Assembly: GCA_018813285.1 (NCBI GenBank)
Contig: JAHJBY010000033.1
Location: 69,157-133,156, forward strand
Origin: Candidatus Omnitrophota bacterium
Lineage (GTDB): Bacteria; Omnitrophota; Gorgyraeia; Tantalellales; Tantalellaceae
Length of the DNA: 64,000 bases
Direction of reading: 5' to 3'
The notes under the pieces are model-generated. The model was not told where the DNA came from, made no database searches, and saw only the letters and a program-made list of their open reading frames with translations. Below, piece by piece: positions 26,752 through 36,250 of this stretch. Positions within the stretch are counted from its first letter, which is position 1. Every line of letters begins with the position of its first letter. The position numbers and the translations under genes were made by a program.

Positions 26752-28992
26752 TTACATATTTCCCAATTCGTCCATGTTTTCTATCAGGATCTCCCGCGCC
26801 TTCTGCCCGTTGTACGGCCCCACTATACCGTCTGCTTCCATTATATCTACCATACGGGCGGCCCTGGTGTATCCCACGCGAAGCCTCCGCTGTACCATGG
26901 ATACTGACGCCTGTTTCGTCTGCAAGACCACTTTCACGGCTTCCTCGTACAATTCGTCCTTCTCCTGCCGGACGCCCGCGGAGCTTTTCGCCTGTTCTCT
27001 CGCCACTTCCTCCAAATATTGAGAACCGGTCTGGTCTTTTATGAATTTAACTACATCGCGTATCTCCGAATCTTCCACCAAACTGCATTGACCGCGAACA
27101 AGATTGCTTCTGCCGGGCTCCATAAGAAGCATATCGCCTCTCCCAAGCAGTTTCTCGGCGCCGTTGGCGTCAAGAACCGTTCTGGAATCCACCTTGGACG
27201 CCACCTTGAAAGATATTCTTGCGGGAAAATTTGCTTTAATGACACCTGTTATCACATTGACGGATGGCCGCTGGGTGGCAAGTATCATATGTATACCGGC
27301 AGCCCGGGAAAGCTGGGCCAGACGCATAATGGCCCCTTCTATGTCCTGCTGAGAAACGGCCATCAGATCCGCCAGCTCATCTATGATCACAACTATGTAC
27401 GGAAGGTTTTCCCAATCCGCCTTCGCCTTCTCTTTATACCTGGTAATATTTCTCACGCCGCCTGCGGCAAATAGATCATAACGACGTTCCATTTCGCCTA
27501 TAAGCCATCCAAGAACGACCGCCACTTTTTTAGGAACGGTCACTATGGGGGATATCAGATGCGGAATCCCCTCGAACATCATTAGTTCAACCCTTTTGGG
27601 ATCAACCATAATAAACTTTAATTCTTCGGGTGACGCGGAGAGAAGCATGCTGCATATGACACAGTTAATACAGACCGTCTTGCCGGAACCGGTGGCGCCG
27701 GCTATCAAAAGATGCGGCATCGCAGCCAGATCGACCACCATTGGAATACCGGAAAGATCCTTGCCCAGAGCCAGTTTAAGCGGTGATTCTTCATTGCAAT
27801 ATTCCTCTGACTCAAGTATACATTTCAAGCGTACGATCTCACTTTTGTCATTAGGGACCTCAATACCGATCGTCCCTTTTCCGGGCAAAGGAGCTACTAT
27901 TCTGATATTCGCCGATTTCATTACAAGTGAGATATTATCCCCAAGTGACGTTATCCTGTTCACTTTAGTCCCAATAGCCGGCTCGAGTTCATACATCGTT
28001 ACAACCGGGCCCCTGTTTATCTTCACGACCCTGGCGGCCACTCCGAATTCCAGAAGCGTTTTTTCCAAAAGAGCGGCCTTCATCTTCAGGTCTTCTTCCC
28101 GGGCCGTTTCACCACCGCTTTGTCGGTCTTTTAAAAGATCAAGGCCCGGCAATTTGTAAAACAATGTGCCCCCATCCGACGCGTTTGAAACAGAGGTTAC
28201 CCTCGCGGACGCGGCCGGCGCCTTTCGTATTTCTCCGACGGCAACTACTTTCGGTCCAGGCGCGTGATCTCCGCGGGAGGCCATTTCGCGTTCTTCTTTT
28301 TTGTCCCACGTAGCTCTGCGGGATTCTTCTACCTGTTTTCTCACAACCTCAAGCTTCCTGGCTATTTCTGCTTTAGCATCCTTTAATTTGCCGCCGCCTG
28401 AGGCCACGGTAACGTTTGAAGTGCGGCCCTTCCCCGCTGTGAGTGAAACAATGCGCTCGAGAATACGCGCGGCCTTCTTTAGAAGCCCCGCAAAAACAGG
28501 AAGTATCAGAAATTCAGTAGCTATTAATAAGGATAACACTATCGTGGACGAAACGAACACGACCGCCCCGATCGTACCAAGATATTTCAGTAAAAATTCG
28601 GATACCAGCGATCCGACCAATCCGCCGCTGGCGAACGCAATTGTTCTCGTTGCGTAATTCATCATGCTCAGACTGGCACCCGCGGCGGTGACAAGAAAAA
28701 TCGTTCCGAATATTTTAAAAAAGATCTTTCTTGGTTTAAGTTGAAGAAGACGCGAGATACCCCACACCAGAATGAGCAACGGCAAGACATACGCGGCTTT
28801 TCCTACCAAAAAAAGCATTACGCCGCTAAGATATGAACCAACGATGCCGGTCAAATTCCGCGGTACAAGGTTTGTATCGCTTGCGTAGAATGGGAGGTCA
28901 TACTCGTTGAAAGTGAAAATGCTCAGAAAGACAAACAGGCTTATCGCGAATAACACAACAGCAACTATCTCGTTTTTCCGTACGTCATCCAT
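26752..28992 (-). CDS. ftsK: DNA translocase FtsK/SpoIIIE
   Basis: N-terminal TM region, PHLLIAGATGSGKT, DELADL, QRPSV, gamma domain QRRLRVGYTRA. Confidence 0.97.
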   Translation of the reverse strand: MDDVRKNEIVAVVLFAISLFVFLSIFTFNEYDLPFYASDTNLVPRNLTGIVGSYLSGVMLFLVGKAAYVLPLLILVWGISRLLQLKPRKIFFKIFGTIFLVTAAGASLSMMNYATRTIAFASGGLVGSLVSEFLLKYLGTIGAVVFVSSTIVLSLLIATEFLILPVFAGLLKKAARILERIVSLTAGKGRTSNVTVASGGGKLKDAKAEIARKLEVVRKQVEESRRATWDKKEEREMASRGDHAPGPKVVAVGEIRKAPAASARVTSVSNASDGGTLFYKLPGLDLLKDRQSGGETAREEDLKMKAALLEKTLLEFGVAARVVKINRGPVVTMYELEPAIGTKVNRITSLGDNISLVMKSANIRIVAPLPGKGTIGIEVPNDKSEIVRLKCILESEEYCNEESPLKLALGKDLSGIPMVVDLAAMPHLLIAGATGSGKTVCINCVICSMLLSASPEELKFIMVDPKRVELMMFEGIPHLISPIVTVPKKVAVVLGWLIGEMERRYDLFAAGGVRNITRYKEKAKADWENLPYIVVIIDELADLMAVSQQDIEGAIMRLAQLSRAAGIHMILATQRPSVNVITGVIKANFPARISFKVASKVDSRTVLDANGAEKLLGRGDMLLMEPGRSNLVRGQCSLVEDSEIRDVVKFIKDQTGSQYLEEVAREQAKSSAGVRQEKDELYEEAVKVVLQTKQASVSMVQRRLRVGYTRAARMVDIMEADGIVGPYNGQKAREILIENMDELGNM

Positions 28993-29030
28993 TTCGTATC
29001 CTGTGCTGCGCAACGTCTGAAACGCTTTAT

Positions 29031-29795
29031 TTATATCCACAATAACAACGACACACCTGATAACAAACAGTATACACCAAAAACGTACAATCGGCGGCTT
29101 CTTATCACTTTCAACAAGAACGGTAAAACCATCAGTCCCACAAAAAAAGCCGCGATCGTCCCGGCGGCATATTCCGGTATTTCGGCCGGCAATATATCGG
29201 ACGGACCAATGTTAAGAGCTTGATAGCAGGCCGCTCCTATGATCGCCGGTATGGCCAGCAAAAAAGAGAACCTGAACGCCGTCTCCGGTTCCACTCCGAG
29301 CGCAAGAGCCGCGGATATCGTCGTGCCGCTCCGGGAAACTCCGGGCAAAAGCGCCACCGCCTGGGCCAAGCCGACAAAAAAAGAACCACCCCTCTTAACT
29401 TTCAGTTTTTTGTTCCGTGTCCGAAGGCAATATTGCCCTCCGAAAAGCACCAATGCGGTGACAATAAACATAACAGCCACCACGCGCGGACGGGCAAACA
29501 ACAGCTCGATGTGCTCTTTGAACAAAAACGCCGCAATTATCGCCGGAATCGTACCGATGACCAGACATGAGATCATAAAAAGATCCCTTTCCCGGATTAT
29601 CAGGAATATCTCTTTCCGAAAATAGATCATAACGGCGCCCAGTGTCCCCACATGCAGACATATATCAAAAAAAATACTCGGTTTGGATAAACCTAAAAAA
29701 TGATGCAAAAGGACAAGATGGCCGGAACTTGAGATAGGAAGAAACTCGGTCACGCCCTGCACTATTCCGGAAATTATAGCTTCAAATATGGTCAT
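29031..29795 (-). CDS. uppP: Undecaprenyl-diphosphate phosphatase
   Basis: QGVTEFLPISSSGH and PGVSRSGTT motifs. Confidence 0.96.
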   Translation of the reverse strand: MTIFEAIISGIVQGVTEFLPISSSGHLVLLHHFLGLSKPSIFFDICLHVGTLGAVMIYFRKEIFLIIRERDLFMISCLVIGTIPAIIAAFLFKEHIELLFARPRVVAVMFIVTALVLFGGQYCLRTRNKKLKVKRGGSFFVGLAQAVALLPGVSRSGTTISAALALGVEPETAFRFSFLLAIPAIIGAACYQALNIGPSDILPAEIPEYAAGTIAAFFVGLMVLPFLLKVIRSRRLYVFGVYCLLSGVSLLLWI

Positions 29796-29796
29796 A

Positions 29797-30246
29797 TCAG
29801 ATACCTGTGTGGCCAAACCCGCCATGCGCCCTCGCGGTTTCGTCAAGATCTTCGACTTCCAGAAATTCCGCCCGAACAACTTCCTGTATTATCATCTGTG
29901 CCAGGCGCAGCCCGCGTTTTATGACAAAATCTTCTTTCCCGAAATTCGTGACAATAAGATTGATCAAACCACGGTAATCAGAATCTATAGTTCCTGGAGT
30001 ATTGACGATGGTAACGCCATGCTTTAACGACAATCCGCTTCGCGGCCTTATTTGCGCTTCATACCCTGCCGGAATAGCTACATAGATACCGCAGGAAATT
30101 AGTTTTATATCCCCGGTGTTAAGTGTGACGTCGTCTTCAACATCAGCATAGAGATCCACCCCGCTGGAACCGGAGGTAGCATAAACCGGTATGGGAAGAT
30201 CTTTTGCGCTTTCTTTGCGCTTTATTCTTATCGCGATTTTCTTCAA
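29797..30246 (-). CDS. dut: dUTP diphosphatase
   Basis: RPRSGL, PGTIDSDYRG and GGFGHTG motifs; probable TTG start. Confidence 0.96.
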   Translation of the reverse strand: MKKIAIRIKRKESAKDLPIPVYATSGSSGVDLYADVEDDVTLNTGDIKLISCGIYVAIPAGYEAQIRPRSGLSLKHGVTIVNTPGTIDSDYRGLINLIVTNFGKEDFVIKRGLRLAQMIIQEVVRAEFLEVEDLDETARAHGGFGHTGI

Positions 30247-30262
30247 TGAGAAAACTTTCCGA

Positions 30263-32380
30263 CTACTTTTTGTCTTTCGGGCCGGACCCGGCGTCCTTAA
30301 CCCGTTTGACACTGAGATTATTGCGACCCTGTTTATCTATTTCGAAAAGCACGACCTTAACCGCGTCACCTTCTTTGACGATAGACGCAACGTCTTTCAC
30401 GTACCCGCCGGAAAGTTCCGAAACGTGTATGAGACCTTCTTTCCCGGGCATGAATTCACAAAAAGCCCCGAAAGCCATCAGCTTGGTTATTTTGCCGTCG
30501 TAGACCTTGCCGACTTCCGGCTCGGCGATTATGTCGCGAACCATTTTAACCGCCTGATCGAGAGATTCCTTATTAGCCGAGGCCACCTGACACGAACCGT
30601 CGTCCTCTATGTTGATATCAGCACCGGTTTCAGCTATTATTCCGCGTATTATTTTTCCGCCGGGGCCGATAACATCACGTATCTTATCGACAGGAACATC
30701 TATCGTGACAATGCGGGGAGCATTTGCCGCGACTTCGGCCAAAGGTTCCGCGATAGTTTTCCGCATATGATCCAGAATGGATATGCGCGCGTTTCTTGCC
30801 TTTTCAAATCCCTCTTTTAACTCATCGAGGCTTACGCCTTTTATTTTGAGATCCATTTGAAGAGCTGTGATACCATCTTTTGTACCGGCGACCTTGAAAT
30901 CCATATCTCCGCAGTGATCTTCCAGGCCCGCGATATCAGTGAGTATCGCATAATCGTCGCCCTCCTTTACCAGCCCCATAGCTATGCCGCTAACGGCGTT
31001 CTTTACCGGCACACCGCTGGCCATGAGCGATAACGACCCGGCACAAACAGTGGCCATGGAACTTGAGCCATTGGATTCAAGTATCTCTGAAACCAGCCTG
31101 ATGGTATACGGAAAACTGTCCACATCAGGAAGGATCGGCTTCAAGGCTTTCGCGGCAAGGGCTCCGTGCCCGATCTCGCGTCTGCCGGGTCCTCTTAAAA
31201 ACCGAGCCTCACCAACGCTGAACGGAGGGAAATTATAATGCAACATAAACTTCCTTTTATACTCCCCTTCAAGCGCGTCCATGATCTGCTCATCGGAACC
31301 GGTGCCCAATGTAATTACCGCAAGCGCCTGCGTCTCGCCACGCGTAAAAAGAGCTGATCCATGCGTGTTGGGAAGCAAATTGATCTCCGAATCGAGAGCT
31401 CTTACCTGATCAAACGCCCTTCCATCCACACGCTTTTTTTCTTTAAGGACCATGGCTCTCATCAGTTCTTTCTGCATAGCCGAGAAAGCGTCCCTTACAT
31501 TTTTTTCACTGATGTTACTTTCTTCAGTAACTTCTTCTTTTATCCGTTCGTCTTGCAGGATTTCAATGGCTTTGGCGCGTTCATCCGCGTCAGGCATATG
31601 CATGATCTTATTTATTTTATCAGAATTTTTTTCTTTAAGCAGGGCGTAAATTTCTTCATTAAGTTCCGCGCAAACTATGTCTTCCCTCTTCGTTTTTCCG
31701 CATTTCTTCCGCAGTTCATTCTGCAATTTCAGCAAAGGCCCGACGCCTATAGCGCCAAATTTTATCGCTTCAAGCATTTTCTCTTCGCCTATGGCGTCCG
31801 CCCCGGCCTCAAGCATTATTACGTCATCTTCATTCGCTACGACCACCAGATCAAGCTTGCTTTCTTCAAGCTGTTCAAATGTGGGATTCAATACAAATTC
31901 ATCACCGACGAGACCCACTCTAACCGCACCGATAGGGCCGTTAAACGGTATATCGGATATACTCAATGCCGCCGACGCGCCTGTTATGGCCAGCATATCA
32001 GCATCGTTTTCATCATCCAGAGACAGAACGGTGGCAATAACCTGCACTTCGTTCATCTGACCCTTGGGAAAAAGAGGCCTTATGGGCCTGTCGATCATTC
32101 TCGACGTAAGTATCGCCTTTTCCGAGGGCCTGCCCTCTCTCTTAAAAAAACCTCCCGGTATCTTACCGGCAGCGAACGTTTTCTCCTGATATTCTACCGT
32201 CAATGGAAAGAAATCAACGGATTCCCTGGCCGTTTTAGCGCATACCGCGGTGACAAGCACCACAGTGCCGCCGCATTGGACAGTTACCGACCCATGTGCC
32301 TGTTTGGCCATTTTGCCTGTTCCTATCGTTAATTCTTTCCCGCCTATCTCGATTTTTACCTGTTCCGTTTTCATTATCAT
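30263..32380 (-). CDS. pnp: Polyribonucleotide nucleotidyltransferase
   Basis: GKIPGGFFKREGRP, RREIGHG, ESNGSSS and GDMDFKVAG motifs; KH and S1 domains. Confidence 0.99.
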   Translation of the reverse strand: MIMKTEQVKIEIGGKELTIGTGKMAKQAHGSVTVQCGGTVVLVTAVCAKTARESVDFFPLTVEYQEKTFAAGKIPGGFFKREGRPSEKAILTSRMIDRPIRPLFPKGQMNEVQVIATVLSLDDENDADMLAITGASAALSISDIPFNGPIGAVRVGLVGDEFVLNPTFEQLEESKLDLVVVANEDDVIMLEAGADAIGEEKMLEAIKFGAIGVGPLLKLQNELRKKCGKTKREDIVCAELNEEIYALLKEKNSDKINKIMHMPDADERAKAIEILQDERIKEEVTEESNISEKNVRDAFSAMQKELMRAMVLKEKKRVDGRAFDQVRALDSEINLLPNTHGSALFTRGETQALAVITLGTGSDEQIMDALEGEYKRKFMLHYNFPPFSVGEARFLRGPGRREIGHGALAAKALKPILPDVDSFPYTIRLVSEILESNGSSSMATVCAGSLSLMASGVPVKNAVSGIAMGLVKEGDDYAILTDIAGLEDHCGDMDFKVAGTKDGITALQMDLKIKGVSLDELKEGFEKARNARISILDHMRKTIAEPLAEVAANAPRIVTIDVPVDKIRDVIGPGGKIIRGIIAETGADINIEDDGSCQVASANKESLDQAVKMVRDIIAEPEVGKVYDGKITKLMAFGAFCEFMPGKEGLIHVSELSGGYVKDVASIVKEGDAVKVVLFEIDKQGRNNLSVKRVKDAGSGPKDKK

Positions 32381-32433
32381 CCTTTTTTGAGTTTTGGATC
32401 GAAGATTATCCGAACGATGAGCCGTTGGGAATA

Positions 32434-32703
32434 TTATTTCCTGAGCCCAAGTTTGGAGATCACGTTCTGATACCGTTCTCTATCGCCCGATTTCAAGTAA
32501 GCCAGAAGCTTTCTTCTCTTATTTACAAGCATCAAAAGTCCCCTTCGGGAGTGATTATCCTTCTTGTGCTTTTTGAAGTGCTCCATTAACTGTTCGATAC
32601 GTCCGGTCAGAAGCGCGACCTGCACCTCGGGAGAACCGGTATCGTTGTCGCTTTTTTTAAAATTGTTAATAATATCCTGTTTTTTCTCTTTTACCAAAGA
32701 CAC
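32434..32703 (-). CDS. rpsO: 30S ribosomal protein S15
   Basis: [13 protein letters not shown] and [11 protein letters not shown] motifs. Confidence 0.99.
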   Translation of the reverse strand: MSLVKEKKQDIINNFKKSDNDTGSPEVQVALLTGRIEQLMEHFKKHKKDNHSRRGLLMLVNKRRKLLAYLKSGDRERYQNVISKLGLRK

Positions 32704-32769
32704 TCTTTTTTACCTCCTCGATACGCGCGTTCATCATATTTCCTAGACGACAGTCTGAAACAACGCCAT

Positions 32770-32798
32770 ATACTACCACATAGAGCGGTATTTGTAAA
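32770..32798 (-). promoter_or_regulatory. Probable rpsO-pnp promoter
   Basis: TTTACA-17 nt-TAGTAT with extended -10 TG. Confidence 0.6.
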
Positions 32799-32956
32799 GA
32801 GCGGTCAGTTGTCAGCTTTTAGTTTCTGGTTTCTGGTTTTTGGTTTCTGCTTTTCAGGGCATCTACTAACCTCTAAAAACTATTTTGCCCCTTGACCCTT
32901 GTCGTTTTGCGTTTCGCGTCTTGCGTTCCGCCTCTCGCCTCGTGCCTCTCGCCTAT

Positions 32957-33934
32957 TCACGATATGTACTTGTACCTCTTGATCTTGTTCAAAATGCGCG
33001 GGCTGGCGAGAAACTCTCTGGCATGCTCTTTGTCAATTTCTATCTGTTTTCGAAGCGCTCCTCCAGTATGAAATTTTTTCTCGCGTCTTAATTTCTCTAT
33101 GAAAAATATCTCCAGAGAAAGACCATATAGGTTTCCCGTGAAACCAAAAACATGCGCCTCTATCCGTGGTTCTTTTCTTTTCTTAAGGCTCCGGCCGTAA
33201 AAAGTCGGCTTGAACCCGATATTCAATACGCCGTCATGTATGCGTCCCTCTATATCAAGCTTGACCGCATAGACACCGGGAGGGGGTATCACTTCATGAT
33301 GAGGATCGATATTGGCAGTCGGGTACCCGAGTACACGTCCTCTCTCATCGCCTGGGACGACGGTACCAAGGACAGAAACGGGGCGCCGGAGGAGCGCTTC
33401 CGCATCCTTGAGCCTCCCCCCCAAAACAAGACGCCGCACCCATGTGCTTGAAACTATCCTGTTATTTTTCTTTACCGGGTACACGCTGTGAACATCAACG
33501 CCGTAAAGCCTGCCAACCTCGCGAAAGGTTTTTATGCTTCCTTTCTTCTCGCGGCCAAAATGGAAATTTCCCCCCACGCATACCGTTCTGGCTCCTATCC
33601 CTTCGACAATGATCTTTTTGACAAAATCTTCGGGTTTCAAGCGTGCTATGTGCTCGGAAAAGCGCACCACAACAACGGCGTCTACACCCATCTTACGAAA
33701 AATATGTAACCTGTGCTCAAGCGACATGATCCGCTGGAGAGCTCTACCGGGGTTCAAAACATTTTTCGGATGGGGGTCAAAAGTTACGACAACTTTATCC
33801 CGCCCGGGCGCGTTAACACGCAGAAGGCGGTTTATTACACGTTTGTGTCCGATATGCATGCCGTCAAATATGCCGATAGCAGCTACCGGATCCCTTAATT
33901 CACTTACGCTCCTATGTCCGTAAAATATTTTCAT
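32957..33934 (-). CDS. ribF: Riboflavin kinase / FAD synthetase
   Basis: GIFDGMHIGH, TFDPHP, VSSTWVR, GYPTAN and EAH motifs. Confidence 0.97.
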   Translation of the reverse strand: MKIFYGHRSVSELRDPVAAIGIFDGMHIGHKRVINRLLRVNAPGRDKVVVTFDPHPKNVLNPGRALQRIMSLEHRLHIFRKMGVDAVVVVRFSEHIARLKPEDFVKKIIVEGIGARTVCVGGNFHFGREKKGSIKTFREVGRLYGVDVHSVYPVKKNNRIVSSTWVRRLVLGGRLKDAEALLRRPVSVLGTVVPGDERGRVLGYPTANIDPHHEVIPPPGVYAVKLDIEGRIHDGVLNIGFKPTFYGRSLKKRKEPRIEAHVFGFTGNLYGLSLEIFFIEKLRREKKFHTGGALRKQIEIDKEHAREFLASPRILNKIKRYKYIS

Positions 33935-34613
33935 GCAATTCTTCTTTACCCATTTTTGAAAGCACGTCAAACGCGACCGCTTTCTCAAGATCAAACTCAC
34001 CGGATCTAATACGTCTTAATTCCGCAAGATTAGCACCGCAACCAAGCGCGTCGCCGATATCATCGGCCAACTGTCTTATGTAAGTGCCCTTACTGCATAC
34101 GACCCTGAAATGAACCATGGGGATACTTACACTTTTTATCTCTATTTCTTTTATCCAGACTTTTACAGGCTCACGCGGGACCTCGAGCCCCTTATGCGCC
34201 AACTTGTACAGTTTTTTTCCATCTATTTTCTTGGCCGAGAACATGGGCGGTATTTGTTCTATATCCCCGCGGAAATCGTTTATTACTTCCTGCAATTCAT
34301 CTTCGGTGAGGCACACCTCGCGCGCCTTGATAACCTTGCCTTCTGAATCACCCGAATCCGTTTTCTCCCCAAGTTTCATCACCGCTTCATATTCTTTATC
34401 CTGGTTCAGAAACGTTTCCGAAAGTTTCGTGGCTTTTCCCAGCAGGAGAACAAGGACTCCGGTGGCGTTAGGATCGAGAGTCCCGGCATGTCCAACTTTT
34501 TTTATCCGAAAATGACGGCGCACGAGCGTTACCACGCCATGGCTGGTCATGCCCTTGGGTTTATCTACAACCAAGATCCCGCGGGGATCGATATTGTTTG
34601 TTGGTAGTACCAT
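33912..34613 (-). CDS. truB: tRNA pseudouridine(55) synthase
   Basis: GHAGTLDP, PPMFSAK and CSKGTYIR motifs. Confidence 0.97.
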   Translation of the reverse strand: MVLPTNNIDPRGILVVDKPKGMTSHGVVTLVRRHFRIKKVGHAGTLDPNATGVLVLLLGKATKLSETFLNQDKEYEAVMKLGEKTDSGDSEGKVIKAREVCLTEDELQEVINDFRGDIEQIPPMFSAKKIDGKKLYKLAHKGLEVPREPVKVWIKEIEIKSVSIPMVHFRVVCSKGTYIRQLADDIGDALGCGANLAELRRIRSGEFDLEKAVAFDVLSKMGKEELHENILRT

Positions 34614-34674
34614 TTGCCGCCTCTTGCGGTTTGCGACGCGCGATTCACCATTCACGACATCCCTTATCCGCTTT

Positions 34675-34804
34675 AAAGTGTCAGAGTGTCAGAGTGTCAG
34701 AGTATCAGAATATAGCAACATTCGAATATAAGCCTTATTCTTTTCTTTACACTTTGATACCAGCGAACGAAGTGAGCGATGACACTTTGACACCCTGACA
34801 CTCT
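34675..34804. repeat. 8-mer (AGTGTCAG) tandem repeats arranged as an inverted repeat
   Basis: aaagtgtcagagtgtcagagtgtcagagtatcag (34675-34708) versus tgacactttgacaccctgacactct (34780-34804). Confidence 0.75.
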
Positions 34805-34834
34805 TGCCCCTTGACCCTACGATTCACTTGTTCA

Positions 34835-35815
34835 CTATTCACGCCCCAAGGCCTTGCGGACTTCCGCCAGCACTTTATCTTTTGCTTCGCCCATTCCACA
34901 TTTCAAAAAACACCCCGCTGCTTTTTTGTGGCCGCCGCCGCCGAATAACGACGCTATGCGGTTAACATCAACATTCCCGTTAGCTCTAAAACTGATATTT
35001 ACCGCACCCGGACCCCACATAGCTTCATTAAAAAACACCGCGATCTCAACGCCTTTTATTGAACGGGGGTAATTAATAAACTCTTCTGTTGAAACACCGT
35101 CAAGACCTTCTTCCGTCAACATTTCACGGGTCAATGTGATATAAGCGATGCGGCTGTCTTCTTCTGTCTCGACCGTCATGAGAACTTTGCCCAACATCTT
35201 TATGCTTGCTACAGGCTTTTGCTCAAATATCTCGCCGTGCATGATACGCGGACTTACTCCGGCATCTATCAATTCACCGACGACCCGGTGGGTCATGCCC
35301 GAAGCGTTGTCATAATTAAACATTCCCGTATCCGTTATTATCGCCGTGTAAATAACCCGGCGGATGGCATCATCCATCTCTACACCGACCCTTTTTATGA
35401 GATGATAAGCCATTTCACCAACGGAACTCATCCCGGATTCCACCCAGTTTACGTCACCATAATATTCGTTACTCACATGATGATCGATATTTATAATGAC
35501 CATGGCTTCGTCCAGGCACCGTTCAACACTTCCGGCACGCTCGCGTATGGGGCAATCCAGGAACACCACGACTTCGGGGTGGTAACCCATGGGAAGTTCG
35601 TAATTAATATTTTTAACCCCGGGGAGAAATCTAAGATTATCCGGGACCGCGTCCTGATCCACTATTACGGCCTTTTTCCCGATCTTCGCAAGAAGATAGA
35701 GCATCGCAAGCTGACTTCCGATAGAATCTCCTTCAGGTTTAACATGCGACGTGATGATAAAATTGTCTTTCTCCTTGAGATCCTTTATGATCACGTCCAT
35801 ATCCTTAAAATTCAT
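34835..35815 (-). CDS. nrnA: DHH/DHHA1 oligoribonuclease / pAp phosphatase
   Basis: H.KPEGDSIGS, IDHH, TDTG and GGGGH..AAG motifs; rbfA-truB context. Confidence 0.93.
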   Translation of the reverse strand: MNFKDMDVIIKDLKEKDNFIITSHVKPEGDSIGSQLAMLYLLAKIGKKAVIVDQDAVPDNLRFLPGVKNINYELPMGYHPEVVVFLDCPIRERAGSVERCLDEAMVIINIDHHVSNEYYGDVNWVESGMSSVGEMAYHLIKRVGVEMDDAIRRVIYTAIITDTGMFNYDNASGMTHRVVGELIDAGVSPRIMHGEIFEQKPVASIKMLGKVLMTVETEEDSRIAYITLTREMLTEEGLDGVSTEEFINYPRSIKGVEIAVFFNEAMWGPGAVNISFRANGNVDVNRIASLFGGGGHKKAAGCFLKCGMGEAKDKVLAEVRKALGRE

Positions 35816-36200
35816 CCTTTTCCCCTTTTTCCGGACCAGCACCGGGATCAGTGTCCCGATGTTCCGTGTTTATTTTTTTGAAAAGCTCGTCTATCGACCT
35901 CTGGTTTTTCTCCAGCTCATCTTCTCTAAAAGATATTCTGGGCATATATTTCAAAGATATCCTGCGGGAAAGTTCCCCTCGCACAAACTTCGCATGAGTC
36001 ATAAGCGCCTTTGTGACACGCGCAATATCTCCGGAGTCTCCGTCCAGTGCAAAATAGATCCGCGCTATACTGAGATCGCTGGTAACCGCCACTCTAATCA
36101 CGGTCACACCGTTTATCTCCGGATCGTCGATCTCAGTCTGCAGAATAAGAGCCACCTCTCTTCTAATAAGTTCCGCGACTCTGCTTAATCTGTCGATCAT
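35805..36200 (-). CDS. rbfA: Ribosome-binding factor A
   Basis: R..RVAELIRREVA, V.VTSDLSIARIY and MPRISF motifs. Confidence 0.95.
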   Translation of the reverse strand: MIDRLSRVAELIRREVALILQTEIDDPEINGVTVIRVAVTSDLSIARIYFALDGDSGDIARVTKALMTHAKFVRGELSRRISLKYMPRISFREDELEKNQRSIDELFKKINTEHRDTDPGAGPEKGEKDEF

Positions 36201-36250
36201 TGTAGCTCCTTTCTACCGTATTGCGTATTGAGTATCGCGTACCCGTTTGT

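Noticed and set aside
31361-32332. 323-aa plus-strand ORF and many similar antisense ORFs (e.g. 25779-26543, 19061-19717)
   Set aside because: They are shadows of well-supported minus-strand genes and show no recognisable motifs.
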